Source: Candidatus Latescibacterota bacterium
GTDB taxonomy: Bacteria; Latescibacterota; UBA2968
DNA length: 64,000 nt
NCBI GenBank assembly: GCA_965204745.1
Contig: OZ242010.1
Span: 352,001 to 416,000 of the forward strand
Reading direction: 5' to 3'
Part shown: positions 9,158 to 18,681 of the stretch, piece after piece
Layout: every line of letters begins with the position of its first letter
How positions within the stretch are numbered: position 1 is the first letter of the stretch
Translations under genes and position numbers: made by a program
The notes under the pieces: generated by a model
Told to the model about the DNA's origin: nothing
The model's input: the letters and a program-made list of their open reading frames with translations, nothing else
The model's database searches: none

Positions 9158-12100
9158 TTAAAATTTCATCCGCAAACCAAAGTGGAACTCGCGCGGCGAA
9201 TCCTGGAACCGCAGATAATCCCCCACATCGCCATAAGAGACGTATTCGGGATTGTCCGGCAATGGCGTGTAAATCACGCCCCATTCCACGTACTCGGCGC
9301 CCACTTCCACCAACTGGTTGTCCACGCGATAGCTGATGTGCGGGTCTTTCTGGTTGAACAGGTTGAACGATTCAAAAAAGATCGTCATGCTCGCACGCCG
9401 GTTGATGTTAAACGTCTTCTCGAAGTTGATATCAGTGCGCGTGTGAATCGGCCCGTTGAAAAATCCTTCACCGCCCTTTTCCGGCGGCGAATAGAAAAAC
9501 CTGCGCCCGGTGAACAAGCGGTACACCACGTTCAACCGCAAATTCTCAAAGGGCCGGAACCCCACAAACCGCGGCCCAAACGCCTTGGGAGACGAAAACA
9601 TAAACGTCACCGTGCCGAAGTTGGTGCGGTTCAAATTGGCAGGGCGAAACTCCTGAGATTGGTTGTTGCGCTGCAACCACGTCGACGCGCCTTTGCCATC
9701 CCAGTTGAGCAAGCTGTTTTCCTGATCCAGCGACCAGTTGTTGCGCCCGACGCCATCTTCGACCTGTTCGAGCTGATTGCGCGCTTGGCTACCAAACGCC
9801 TGCCCCCGTTGAAAGCGCGTAATCCCATCCATTGGCCGCGGGAACTCTTCGCCCGTGTCGTCGCCATTGACGATCCCTGGGCCATCGACGCCGTCGACGC
9901 CGGTAAAATCGCCATCGCCATTGGAATCCGCGGTCCACTCATACCAATAGTGCGACAAGAAATTGCCATTGTTGTCGATATAACCCGCGTAGTTGCCAAA
10001 GTTGGACGGGTTCTTCGTCGCCAGCCTGTCTGGATTGACATAGTGATGGCCGCGCACACCCGAGTTGCCATTTTCGACCCACTGCACGTTGTACGCTATC
10101 GTGAACGCGGTCATGTGGTTGAATTTCTTCTTCAGCGACAACTCAAAGCCGCGCGTGTCCCGGTTGTTCGTCTGGCCCGATGAATTTACCAACCTCTGAT
10201 GCTGCAAACCCTGAGATTGGTGGCGATAGCTACCACCACTGCGCCGGTTGACCTGTTGCTTGTAATACGCGGTCAGGCCCGCCGTGTAATCCGTGATGAA
10301 GTTCCAGTCCGCGCCCACTTCAAAACTCGTGGTGATCAGCGGCCTGAGCAACGGCCAACCCCACTGCCCGGCATCGACGACATCCTGCGTATTGTACAAC
10401 TCGGACTCGTCGATCCGACCATTCTGGTTCAAATCCAGAAAAGCCTCTTCGGTGCGATAGCTGTGCGAGAAAATCCACCAGAATTGCTCGATCTGCTCGA
10501 ACTTGCCAAACGTGAAGTGCATCGCACTGCTCTCTGTAATCGGATGCGACACCCCCACGCGCGGCGACAAGACGTGAATGGCCGGCGGGCGATAGGTCGG
10601 GATATTCTCGATCTTCGTGGGATCGTGATACTTGTACAGGGAAAGGAAATAGGCCGCCTGCGGCATCTCGGTGTTCGGGCTCCAGCGCAACCCGCGCAAG
10701 CCCACGTTCACCACAATGCCCTCGAACTCCATCTTGTCTTGGAAGTAAATCGAGTACTGGCGCGGCACAACCCCGACTTCGGGGTTGTTGAACTGGCTGT
10801 AATACCGGTCGATCAGGCCCCGAAAGTCGTTCTTGTTGCGGGAAAAGCCCCAGTTGTCGTAAAACAACATGTCGAACCCGGTTTTGATAAAGTGCCCCTT
10901 GGTCACTTGGCTCGAATAGTCGAACTTGATCTGGAGGCGATCCCGCTCGGAATTCGTCCAGTTCACCACCGGGCGACCGATGTAAAACCACCCCGATTCA
11001 TTGCCGATGCCCGGCTCCACGTAGGGCTGATCCGTGTTGACCGGCAATTCCGTATTCACCTCGGTCGTGCGCGAATACGACACGCGAATTTCGTAAAAGG
11101 TGCGCGCCGACAAGGTGTGCGTCAGCGACGCATAATTCATAAAATTGCGCGTTCGCAACTTGCCCGCCCCCGAGTATTCCGAGGGCACGAAGAGGTTGCG
11201 CCCCGAAGAATTCATATTCTTGCGCGACCCCTGCTCGATCCGCCGAATCACGCCCGCATTGTAGCGCGACCGCTGGTTGAACAGCGAACCGTAGTTAAAT
11301 TTGACGTTGCCACTCGGGCGATAGGTCAACTTCAAGTTCGTGCGGTTGTTGAACAGCGAGGTCGCGGTTGGCGCGGGCAATGACGACGGGTTGCGATTCA
11401 TCGAAGACGTCAACGTAAAGCCCATCTTTCTCACAATCGGCCCGCCGAGCATGGCCTCGCCGCGCCCGCCCCACACGCCCGTGTAGTCTTGGCGCACGTG
11501 AACTTTGCGCTGCACGTCATCAGCGGCAAATTCGGCATCGGTAATTTCCCCGGTTTCATTGCTGTGCCCCAAAATGCCATCTGCGCCGGGGAACCACGCT
11601 TGCAAGTTCTCCCATTCGCTGTTGCCCCACTGCATTCTGCCGCGATGCACGGGCGCCTCGTACACATTCGCGCCCCAGTGCTTCTGCCCCGGCGGCGTGA
11701 TGCGGTATTCCCCTCGGCCCGTGTATTTTTGACCGCCTTCTTTGGTCACCACGGAAACCACGGACCCGGCATTGCCGTACTCCGCATTCATCCCGCCGCT
11801 CAACACGGTCAATTCCTGCACCGCACTGGTATTCACACCTTCAAACCGCGTGAACCCGGCGCGCGCGTCATTGTTCACCACGCGCACCCCATCCACCATA
11901 TACGCGGTTTCCCAGAAGTTGCCCCCGCGCACGCTCTCTTCTTCATCCGGCGTCACGCCGGCCTGCAACTCCACAAAATCCGACATTTCGCGCACAATCG
12001 GCAACGACTCGATCTCTTCTGCGGTGATGACCGACTTGCTCTCGGTCTTGTCGTGCTCCACAGGCGGACGCTCCGCAACGACGATCATTTCGCCTAATTG

Positions 12101-12436
12101 CAGGGCTTCTTCCTGCATCTGAAAATTCACCGTCGTGGTATGGTCGACATTGATCACCACGCCCTGGCGCACGGACTTGGAATATCCCATCATCACGGTT
12201 TCGATATCATAGGTCCCAGGCGGGATGTTGATGATGAAATACTCCCCCTTCTCATCGGTGATCCCAGCGCGTTTCACGCCGTCGATGTCGATCACCACAT
12301 TGGCCCCGGGAAGCGGATCACCCGTAACCTCCGTGACCTTCCCGCTGATTTTACCCGTCGTGCCCGCATGCGCCAATCCCGTACAGATCAGCAACGCGCC
12401 CAACAAGCCCGAACAAAACAAGAATCGTTTGCCCAT
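9158..12436 (-). CDS. TonB-dependent receptor with N-terminal carboxypeptidase-regulatory-like domain
   Basis: GTTGKISGKVT..GDPLPGANV; plug motifs VRGG, YMVDG, SGGMNAEYGN; C-terminal PREFHFGLRMKF. Confidence 0.9.
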   Translation of the reverse strand: MGKRFLFCSGLLGALLICTGLAHAGTTGKISGKVTEVTGDPLPGANVVIDIDGVKRAGITDEKGEYFIINIPPGTYDIETVMMGYSKSVRQGVVINVDHTTTVNFQMQEEALQLGEMIVVAERPPVEHDKTESKSVITAEEIESLPIVREMSDFVELQAGVTPDEEESVRGGNFWETAYMVDGVRVVNNDARAGFTRFEGVNTSAVQELTVLSGGMNAEYGNAGSVVSVVTKEGGQKYTGRGEYRITPPGQKHWGANVYEAPVHRGRMQWGNSEWENLQAWFPGADGILGHSNETGEITDAEFAADDVQRKVHVRQDYTGVWGGRGEAMLGGPIVRKMGFTLTSSMNRNPSSLPAPTATSLFNNRTNLKLTYRPSGNVKFNYGSLFNQRSRYNAGVIRRIEQGSRKNMNSSGRNLFVPSEYSGAGKLRTRNFMNYASLTHTLSARTFYEIRVSYSRTTEVNTELPVNTDQPYVEPGIGNESGWFYIGRPVVNWTNSERDRLQIKFDYSSQVTKGHFIKTGFDMLFYDNWGFSRNKNDFRGLIDRYYSQFNNPEVGVVPRQYSIYFQDKMEFEGIVVNVGLRGLRWSPNTEMPQAAYFLSLYKYHDPTKIENIPTYRPPAIHVLSPRVGVSHPITESSAMHFTFGKFEQIEQFWWIFSHSYRTEEAFLDLNQNGRIDESELYNTQDVVDAGQWGWPLLRPLITTSFEVGADWNFITDYTAGLTAYYKQQVNRRSGGSYRHQSQGLQHQRLVNSSGQTNNRDTRGFELSLKKKFNHMTAFTIAYNVQWVENGNSGVRGHHYVNPDRLATKNPSNFGNYAGYIDNNGNFLSHYWYEWTADSNGDGDFTGVDGVDGPGIVNGDDTGEEFPRPMDGITRFQRGQAFGSQARNQLEQVEDGVGRNNWSLDQENSLLNWDGKGASTWLQRNNQSQEFRPANLNRTNFGTVTFMFSSPKAFGPRFVGFRPFENLRLNVVYRLFTGRRFFYSPPEKGGEGFFNGPIHTRTDINFEKTFNINRRASMTIFFESFNLFNQKDPHISYRVDNQLVEVGAEYVEWGVIYTPLPDNPEYVSYGDVGDYLRFQDSPREFHFGLRMKF

Positions 12437-12551
12437 ATACGACCCTCCGAAAAAAAGGTTGTGAGTGAAAATTCACCAGACGGATATGCAAAAAATATTA
12501 AACTCCGAACATACGGAAACCACGGGGCAGGCTTGGAAGTTGACAACTCAT

Positions 12552-13364
12552 TTAATCAAAATAGTATTTGAAACTCACGCCCGCATCCAAGGTCCCTATC
12601 GGAAATGCCTTGTTCAACCGCCACGAGGTCAAGGGGTTGATCTCGCCAAAAACCAGATTGTAGCGGATGCGGAAATCGAGCCCGTAGGACGCCCCCATCG
12701 ATCCCTCAATACCAGCACTCACGGGAATCGTCCAAGCAGTGCGCGTATCCTCTGTTGGCACCAACCCGTCCAACATCACCTGTCCGTTGATCACCCGACC
12801 GATGTCGTCTTTCTGATCCTCTGAAAAATTTTGCGTATTCCGAGTTGGGTCCGGATGCCCGGGATACACCAACAAAACCCGCAAGCCGCTCAGTGCATCG
12901 GGAATGGCTTGGGACGGATAGATCAAACCGCTGACCTTGTGGCTATAATCGTAAAACCCAAGCCCCAAGCCCAAATACGGCGACCATTTCCGCTCGGACA
13001 TCTGCTCGGCATTTTCCCGGAAAAACCACAGCCAATTCGAGGCGACGCTGTTCCACGTCATCTCTGAATCGGCCTCTGGGGTCGGCACCTGACGCCCCCC
13101 GATATAATTAAACGTGCGACCGGGAAGACTCGATCTTCCAAATTTTGAGTAGTGATATTCGACCTCTGTGGTCAGGCGCGGCGAAATCACGTAACTCACA
13201 TTCACGCCGAGCTTCAAATCGCCCGCGTACCATCCGTTCAAAGGACCCGTTGGCTGGTGGTACTGCACCAACCCGCCAACGGCCCACATGCCCGTGTCTC
13301 GGGCATCGACATAAGACGCAACGAGGAAAACCCCGGCGAACAAAATCAACGAAAATCGCTTCAA
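12552..13364 (-). CDS. Outer-membrane beta-barrel protein (OmpA/PorT-like)
   Basis: Probable start is TTG at 13364 after AAGGAGG (ORF track extends to 13538); signal peptide; SPYLGLGLGFY and GVSFKYYF beta-strands. Confidence 0.75.
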   Translation of the reverse strand: MKRFSLILFAGVFLVASYVDARDTGMWAVGGLVQYHQPTGPLNGWYAGDLKLGVNVSYVISPRLTTEVEYHYSKFGRSSLPGRTFNYIGGRQVPTPEADSEMTWNSVASNWLWFFRENAEQMSERKWSPYLGLGLGFYDYSHKVSGLIYPSQAIPDALSGLRVLLVYPGHPDPTRNTQNFSEDQKDDIGRVINGQVMLDGLVPTEDTRTAWTIPVSAGIEGSMGASYGLDFRIRYNLVFGEINPLTSWRLNKAFPIGTLDAGVSFKYYFD

Positions 13365-13767
13365 GCAGTACCTCCTTTGGTTTGGGGTAGATAAAAAGGA
13401 CAGAAAGAATAATACCGAATCCGCAACAACGCAAACAATTATTTTTTGCCTCAAAATGCTTTTTTGACCCCTCCCCGAAAACGAGTACCGGGGTTCGGGG
13501 GTAGGTCGAAAATTGTAAGCATACCTGAACTTGTCCATTAAGCAATGGGCTATAAATAATAACGTGCAAACGTTCTTGTCAACGAAAATTTTAGCCCCCC
13601 AACCCGGTCACTAAAGTAGAAAGTCCACCCGTTCCATCCCCCAAGCGGTTGATCTATCCGACCTCTATCCCCATCCCTCAAAAACGGCCGGTTATACCCC
13701 GATCCATTGATGAACTGACCTGAGAGACAGTCAGTTGTACCCATTCGCAGATTCGCTGGCCTGCCCA

Positions 13768-13893
13768 AAAGGCGATGTCGATGGTTCTGTCGAGGCCCTG
13801 CAAGACGCGCTCTTGCAAATCGAACACGAGGAAGTGCGCCTCTCGGTGATTCACCGCACTGTGGGCGCGATCTCCGAATCCGATATCGCGCTC
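13768..13893 (+). pseudogene. infB: Isolated ~42-codon internal fragment of translation initiation factor IF-2
   Basis: Reads [42 protein letters not shown], matching the conserved IF-2 KxDVxGSxEAL...IH..VG.I.ESD segment; similarity stops abruptly at both ends. Confidence 0.85.
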
Positions 13894-14884
13894 ACAAATC
13901 CAATATCTGATCGATGTCCGCTGCATTCAACTCGCGTTCAAAGCGCGGGCCATACTTGGCGACCACGCGAGAGGACACATACGTTGCGATCTTGGCCGCC
14001 TGCGCCGCGTCATAGCCGTGGGTGATGGCGAACAAATACGCCCCCGCAAACGCATCGCCCGCGCCATTCGTATCCACCGCATCCACCGCAAACCCAGGCG
14101 CACGCCATACATCCCCGCTATCGCACACCCACGCGCCACCCGCGCCCCGCGTGAGGGCCAGATGCCCGACCCGTCCGTTCAGCGCGTCAAAAGCCGCGGC
14201 TGTGCTCTCGGCATCCGCGAACATCCGCGCCTCATCTTCATTGCAAAACAGCACATCCACCCCCGCATCGACCAACGCCGCCATCCTGTGCTTAAACGCC
14301 GCCACAATGGACGGATCGCTCAAAGTCAGCGCGACCTTCGCACCGCGCTCCCGCGCCACCTGTTGCGCCACCTGCGCCGCTTCAAACCCATCCTCTGTTG
14401 CGACCAAATAGCCTTCGATATAAATATACCGGCTATCGGCGATCACCTCCGCCTCGATCTGCGCGGGACCGAACGCGCTCGTAATACCCAAAAACGTGTT
14501 CATCGTGCGGTCCGCATCCGCTGTAATCATCACCAAGCACTTGCCCGTAATCCCCTCCCCGCGTGCAGATGGATTGGACGCCACCCCGGCAGCGCGCAAA
14601 TCCCGCACGTAAAAATCCCCATCCGCATCTTTCGCCACCTTGCATGCGTAATACCCCCGGCCCCCGCAATTTGCCAACGCGATCATCGCATTCGCCGCGG
14701 ACCCGCCCGACGAACGCGCCAGCTCCTGCCCGCCCAATGCGCGAATCAACGCACGCTGCCGGTCTTCCCCAATCAGCGTCATCACCCCCTTGTCGATCCC
14801 CATCGCCTCAAAAAACGACGCCGCCACCCGATACTGAATATCCACCATCGCATGGCCCAACCCATACACATCGTATTGACGCAT
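13892..14884 (-). CDS. PfkB family carbohydrate/adenosine kinase
   Basis: [32 protein letters not shown] PfkB signatures. Confidence 0.92.
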   Translation of the reverse strand: MRQYDVYGLGHAMVDIQYRVAASFFEAMGIDKGVMTLIGEDRQRALIRALGGQELARSSGGSAANAMIALANCGGRGYYACKVAKDADGDFYVRDLRAAGVASNPSARGEGITGKCLVMITADADRTMNTFLGITSAFGPAQIEAEVIADSRYIYIEGYLVATEDGFEAAQVAQQVARERGAKVALTLSDPSIVAAFKHRMAALVDAGVDVLFCNEDEARMFADAESTAAAFDALNGRVGHLALTRGAGGAWVCDSGDVWRAPGFAVDAVDTNGAGDAFAGAYLFAITHGYDAAQAAKIATYVSSRVVAKYGPRFERELNAADIDQILDL

Positions 14885-14970
14885 AACGTCTCCTGTCAGT
14901 TGTCAGTTGTCAGTCCGCCCCGCCGCTGGTGCGTGGGGAAAAATGCGAAACGCAAGACAAGGCGGTGGAG

Positions 14971-15072
14971 ATGGCGTCAAAGATAGAAGCCATTAAGGCG
15001 GCGATTGAAGCCCTGCCCGAAGTGGACGAAGATATTGCGCGTGAAAATGTTCGCGGTTTTATTCGCAAATAA
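14971..15072 (+). other. 33-aa micro-ORF, possible truncated small antitoxin-like gene
   Basis: GGTGGAG RBS then MASKIEAIKAAIEALPEVDEDIARENVRGFIRK*; N-terminus resembles small addiction-module proteins. Confidence 0.35.
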
Positions 15073-15667
15073 CGACCAGTGTATTCTGAAAATGAGGCCA
15101 AAATCCATATAGAAATTTTTTCACAAAAAACTGTGGTACCAGCGAATAATTGCAATGGTGAAGTGCGATATTAGAAAACCCCTCGCGTTCCAATAACTGT
15201 GTTATCGCGGTCGGGGTAAAGTAACAAACGTGTTCAGGCCAAGGTTCTTTCTTCTTCAAAACACCGTGACGAAGCCAAAATAACAGCCCCAAAACATTTG
15301 GGGTGGTCAATATCAACCTGGATCCCTCCCGCAATAATTGACGAGCAGAACGCAAAAACAACCCCGGATTCTCAAGGTGTTCGATCACCTCACCTGCCAC
15401 AATCACGTCAAATTTTCCGGTTGATTTTGGCAGATTGTGGGCATCCCCTACAAGTGCTTTCATGCCTTTGTCGTTCAATTCTCGGACGCGCTTCTCGTTT
15501 ATATCCACACCGATCAAATTGTCTCCGAGCAAGTCGTGCAGATATTTGTGGAGTGCGGTTCCCGCTTTCCACTCTTGTTCAAAGCTATGATCGTCACCGC
15601 AACATCCGACGTGAAGGACTTTATGATTGGGTTACAGGTAGTTCAGAATGCAGTCGACGCGATTCAT
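15059..15667 (-). pseudogene. Class I SAM-dependent methyltransferase with a premature stop at codon 12
   Basis: ATG at 15667 with GGAG RBS: MNRVDCILNYL*PNHKVLHVGC...; TAA at 15632-15634 is in frame with ORF 15059..15532 (GVDIN, FDVIVAGEVIEH, LTTPN). More AT-rich than its neighbours. Confidence 0.8.
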
Positions 15668-15754
15668 TGTTTCTCCGTGGTTGGACGGATACCTCGCCAT
15701 TCGCGTTTATCTGTGTTTATCGGCAGTTGCCTTTCGCCTTTTCGCGTCTCACCG

Positions 15755-17323
15755 TCAGCCCCGCTTGGCGAGGATATTGTCCCACGGTTCGACGCCGCAC
15801 CGCTCGGCCCAGGCGTCGTAGAGGGCCGCGAGGTCAGCGACCACATCCGGATGGGCCTGTGCGCGGTCGTGGCGTTCGGATCGGTCGGCTTCGAGGTCGT
15901 AGAGCTCCCAATCGCCCGGGTAGCGTTTGACCAGTTTCCACTTGCCCTTGCGGATCGCGCCATTGCCCTCGTGTTCCCATATCAGATAGGGCTTTCCATT
16001 GTCCCGATTGTCGAAAATCGGGGTCAGGGACGCGCCTTCCAGCGGCAAAATGTCGCGTCCATTATGGGTTTCGGGATAGTCGGCAGCAGCGATGTCGAGA
16101 CACGTTGCCATCACATCGGTCAACTGCCCGGGTTGGTCGCGCAACGCGCCCTTATCCGCGATGCGATTGGGCCAATGGACGATAAAAGGCGTTGAAATCC
16201 CGCCTTCGTGAACCCAGTGTTTGTACAGGCGGAAGGGCGTGTTCGACACGTTTGCCCATGGCACGCCGTAGCTCTGGTAAGTGGTCTCGTCGCCCGGCAT
16301 CACAGTGGGATCATTGCCGCGTTGCACGGGACGACCATCGCGCGTGGTTGCAGGGGCTATCGCGCTTCTCCGCATCCTATTTCCCAACTCTTCGGCGCAA
16401 CCCCCATTATCGGCCAAAAAGATGATCAGGGTATTGTCTAATTGCCCGCTCTCTTCGAGGGCTTGGACGATGCGCCCAATGCCTTGATCCATGCGATCAA
16501 CCTGCGCGGCATAAACTTCCATGCGCCGCTGTTGCCACGCCTTGTTCTCGGCGTCTTCCCACGGCACTTGCGAGGGATCGCGGTCGCTCAATCCCCATTC
16601 GGGTTTCAAAATGCCCATCTCGCGCATGCGCGCCAACCGCTCTTCGCGCAACTTATCCCAACCCGCGGCGAATCGCCCGTTGTATTTTTCGATGTCTTCC
16701 TCGTGTGCGTGCAAGGGCCAGTGCGGCGCGGTATAGGCCGTGTACAAAAAGAAGGGTTGATCCCTATTTGCCCGCGCATGCGCTCGGATGTAATCCGCCG
16801 CGTGATCGCTGATGGCATCGGTCAAAAAGAAATCCTCCGGGAACTCATCCACCGAAATTTGCTCGTTGTCTCGCGTCAGGGTTTGCGGCTTCCAATAATT
16901 GGCCGCGCCGGTAATGATGCCAAAAAAGCGGTCAAACCCGCGCTGGCAGGGCCAACTGTGCTTGGGTCCCTCTGCATCCGCATGCCGCGTGATGTGCCAC
17001 TTGCCGCTCATGTAGGTCGCGTAGCCCGCGGTCTTGAGCACTTCGGCAATGGTCACGCTTTGAAAATTCAAATCGCCGCGATACCCCTCGTACTCCCGAT
17101 CATCCATCATGTGGCCCACGCTGGCTTGGTGCGGATGCAACCCGGTCAGCAGAGACGCCCGCGTGGGACAGCACCGCGCCGTGTTGTAAAATTGCGTGAA
17201 CCGCAACCCATTGCCCGCCAGCTTGTCCAAATTGGGCGTGTGGATTTCGCCGCCGTAACACCCGATATCGGAATAGCCCATATCGTCGTTCATAATCAAC
17301 AAGATATTCGGTCGTTCTGCCAT
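15755..17323 (-). CDS. Arylsulfatase (formylglycine-dependent sulfatase)
   Basis: RPNILLIMNDDMGYSD, CCPTRASLLTG (CxPxR), GKWH, APHWPLH, DNG. Confidence 0.95.
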   Translation of the reverse strand: MAERPNILLIMNDDMGYSDIGCYGGEIHTPNLDKLAGNGLRFTQFYNTARCCPTRASLLTGLHPHQASVGHMMDDREYEGYRGDLNFQSVTIAEVLKTAGYATYMSGKWHITRHADAEGPKHSWPCQRGFDRFFGIITGAANYWKPQTLTRDNEQISVDEFPEDFFLTDAISDHAADYIRAHARANRDQPFFLYTAYTAPHWPLHAHEEDIEKYNGRFAAGWDKLREERLARMREMGILKPEWGLSDRDPSQVPWEDAENKAWQQRRMEVYAAQVDRMDQGIGRIVQALEESGQLDNTLIIFLADNGGCAEELGNRMRRSAIAPATTRDGRPVQRGNDPTVMPGDETTYQSYGVPWANVSNTPFRLYKHWVHEGGISTPFIVHWPNRIADKGALRDQPGQLTDVMATCLDIAAADYPETHNGRDILPLEGASLTPIFDNRDNGKPYLIWEHEGNGAIRKGKWKLVKRYPGDWELYDLEADRSERHDRAQAHPDVVADLAALYDAWAERCGVEPWDNILAKRG

Positions 17324-17350
17324 GTGGAACTCCTTGTGGGAAGTGGAGGT

Positions 17351-17532
17351 GGGACCTATCCCCTAACCCCCTTCCTAGCAGGAAGGGGGAGCCTGGGTTT
17401 CTCGATAGATGAATGCAAGGGATATGGCGATGGCTTTGGCGCGTGTGGAGAAGGCCATGAAAAACCGCAAATTCCTCACTCAAGCCCTCGCAAAACCGAT
17501 CCTCGTTTCCCCCTTTCAAAGGGATAGAGGGA
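17351..17532. repeat. REP-like repeat cluster
   Basis: GGGACCTATCCCCTAACCCCCTTCCT-agc-AGGAAGGGGG and CCCTCGCAAAACCG...TTCCCCCT, both recurring at ~22700-23040 and ~53300-53660. Confidence 0.7.
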
Positions 17533-18399
17533 TCAAAGGTAGATCAGCACGCCGAGGGTGAGCAGCCATAGAGCGCAGGTGATCGAGAGGGGGGCGTCTC
17601 CCAAGATGGTCGAGGCGGGATTGCCGCCTTGGCTTTTTGTGTACATGAGGTAGAGGTAGCGCAGCATCCCGTAGATCACAAAGGGAATGGTGATGTTGAG
17701 GTGGTTGCTCCCGAGTTTTTCCATCACCTCGGGCGACATGGTATAAAGCGCGTAGGACACGAGCGCGCCCGCTGTGACAATGGCGATGACTTGATCGAGA
17801 AATTGGGGGGAATAGTCTTCGAGGATGCGACGGTGGTTGCGCGCCTCGGCCTTGAGCAACATGCGTTCTTGCCGGCGTTTGGCAAAGCACAGGAACAGCG
17901 CCAAGAGTACGGTGCAAAGGATGAACCACGAGGAAATGGAGACTTGAATGGCGACTGCCCCGCCAATGGCGCGTAGCAAAAACCCCATGGCGATGATCAT
18001 GACGTCGAGAATGACGACGTGTTTGAGATACAGGGTATAGGCGGCGTTCAGGCCCGCGTAAATGAGGAGCACGATGCCAAAATGGGGATGCGCGTAAAAT
18101 CCGCCACTTAGGGCGACGAGCGCGAACACAACCGCGGCGACGCTCGCGCTGGGAACGCGCAAGGCACCCGAGGCTATGGGCCGATGGCATTTTTGGGGAT
18201 GCTGGCGGTCGGATTCCCGATCCCGAATGTCGTTGAACAAGTACGCGGCGGCGGAGATCAGACAAAAACACGCAAAGGCCAGCCCGCTTCGCAACAGGTC
18301 GTCGGGTTCAAAAATGCGTTTGGCAAAAACGAGTGCGGCCAGCACAAAGACGTTTTTGAGCCATTCGTGCGGGCGCATCGCGCAGATGAGATGAGGCAT
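17533..18399 (-). CDS. UbiA family prenyltransferase (decaprenyl-phosphate phosphoribosyltransferase-like)
   Basis: MRPHEWLKN, YLFNDIRDRESDRQHPQKCHRPIASG, multiple TM helices. Confidence 0.92.
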   Translation of the reverse strand: MPHLICAMRPHEWLKNVFVLAALVFAKRIFEPDDLLRSGLAFACFCLISAAAYLFNDIRDRESDRQHPQKCHRPIASGALRVPSASVAAVVFALVALSGGFYAHPHFGIVLLIYAGLNAAYTLYLKHVVILDVMIIAMGFLLRAIGGAVAIQVSISSWFILCTVLLALFLCFAKRRQERMLLKAEARNHRRILEDYSPQFLDQVIAIVTAGALVSYALYTMSPEVMEKLGSNHLNITIPFVIYGMLRYLYLMYTKSQGGNPASTILGDAPLSITCALWLLTLGVLIYL

Positions 18400-18403
18400 A
18401 CGG

Positions 18404-18640
18404 CAGTTGTCAGTTGTCAGTTGTCAGTTGTCAGTCCCCGCCCAACCCCCTTCGGTAAGAGGGGAGACGGGAGACGGGAGAGGGGAGAGGGTGGTCGCAC
18501 TATCCCGCTCAAGTCGTCAGTAGCCAGTAGGTCGGTCAGCCCACCTATCTCCAAGTTCCCGTAGGGACAGGCCCCTGTGCATGTTCTCAACACCGACCTC
18601 AAGTGGTCAGTCGTCAGTCCCACCCATCCCAACCATGCAC
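18404..18640. repeat. Composite intergenic repeat: heptamer arrays, core motif and GTAG-REP
   Basis: (CAGTTGT)x4, CCCCGCCCAACCCCCTTCGG core, (GGGAGAC)n, GTAGGGACAGGCCCCTGTGC. Confidence 0.75.
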
Positions 18641-18681
18641 CGTGCCTGCGCGTCAGTCAGGATCCCATTCGTCTCGTTGCC

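Noticed and set aside
13735-14025. 96-aa ORF as a real gene, or as a DGR template repeat
   Set aside because: Only the middle is IF-2-like and the rest is antisense to the PfkB gene; there is no reverse transcriptase or matching variable repeat in the window.
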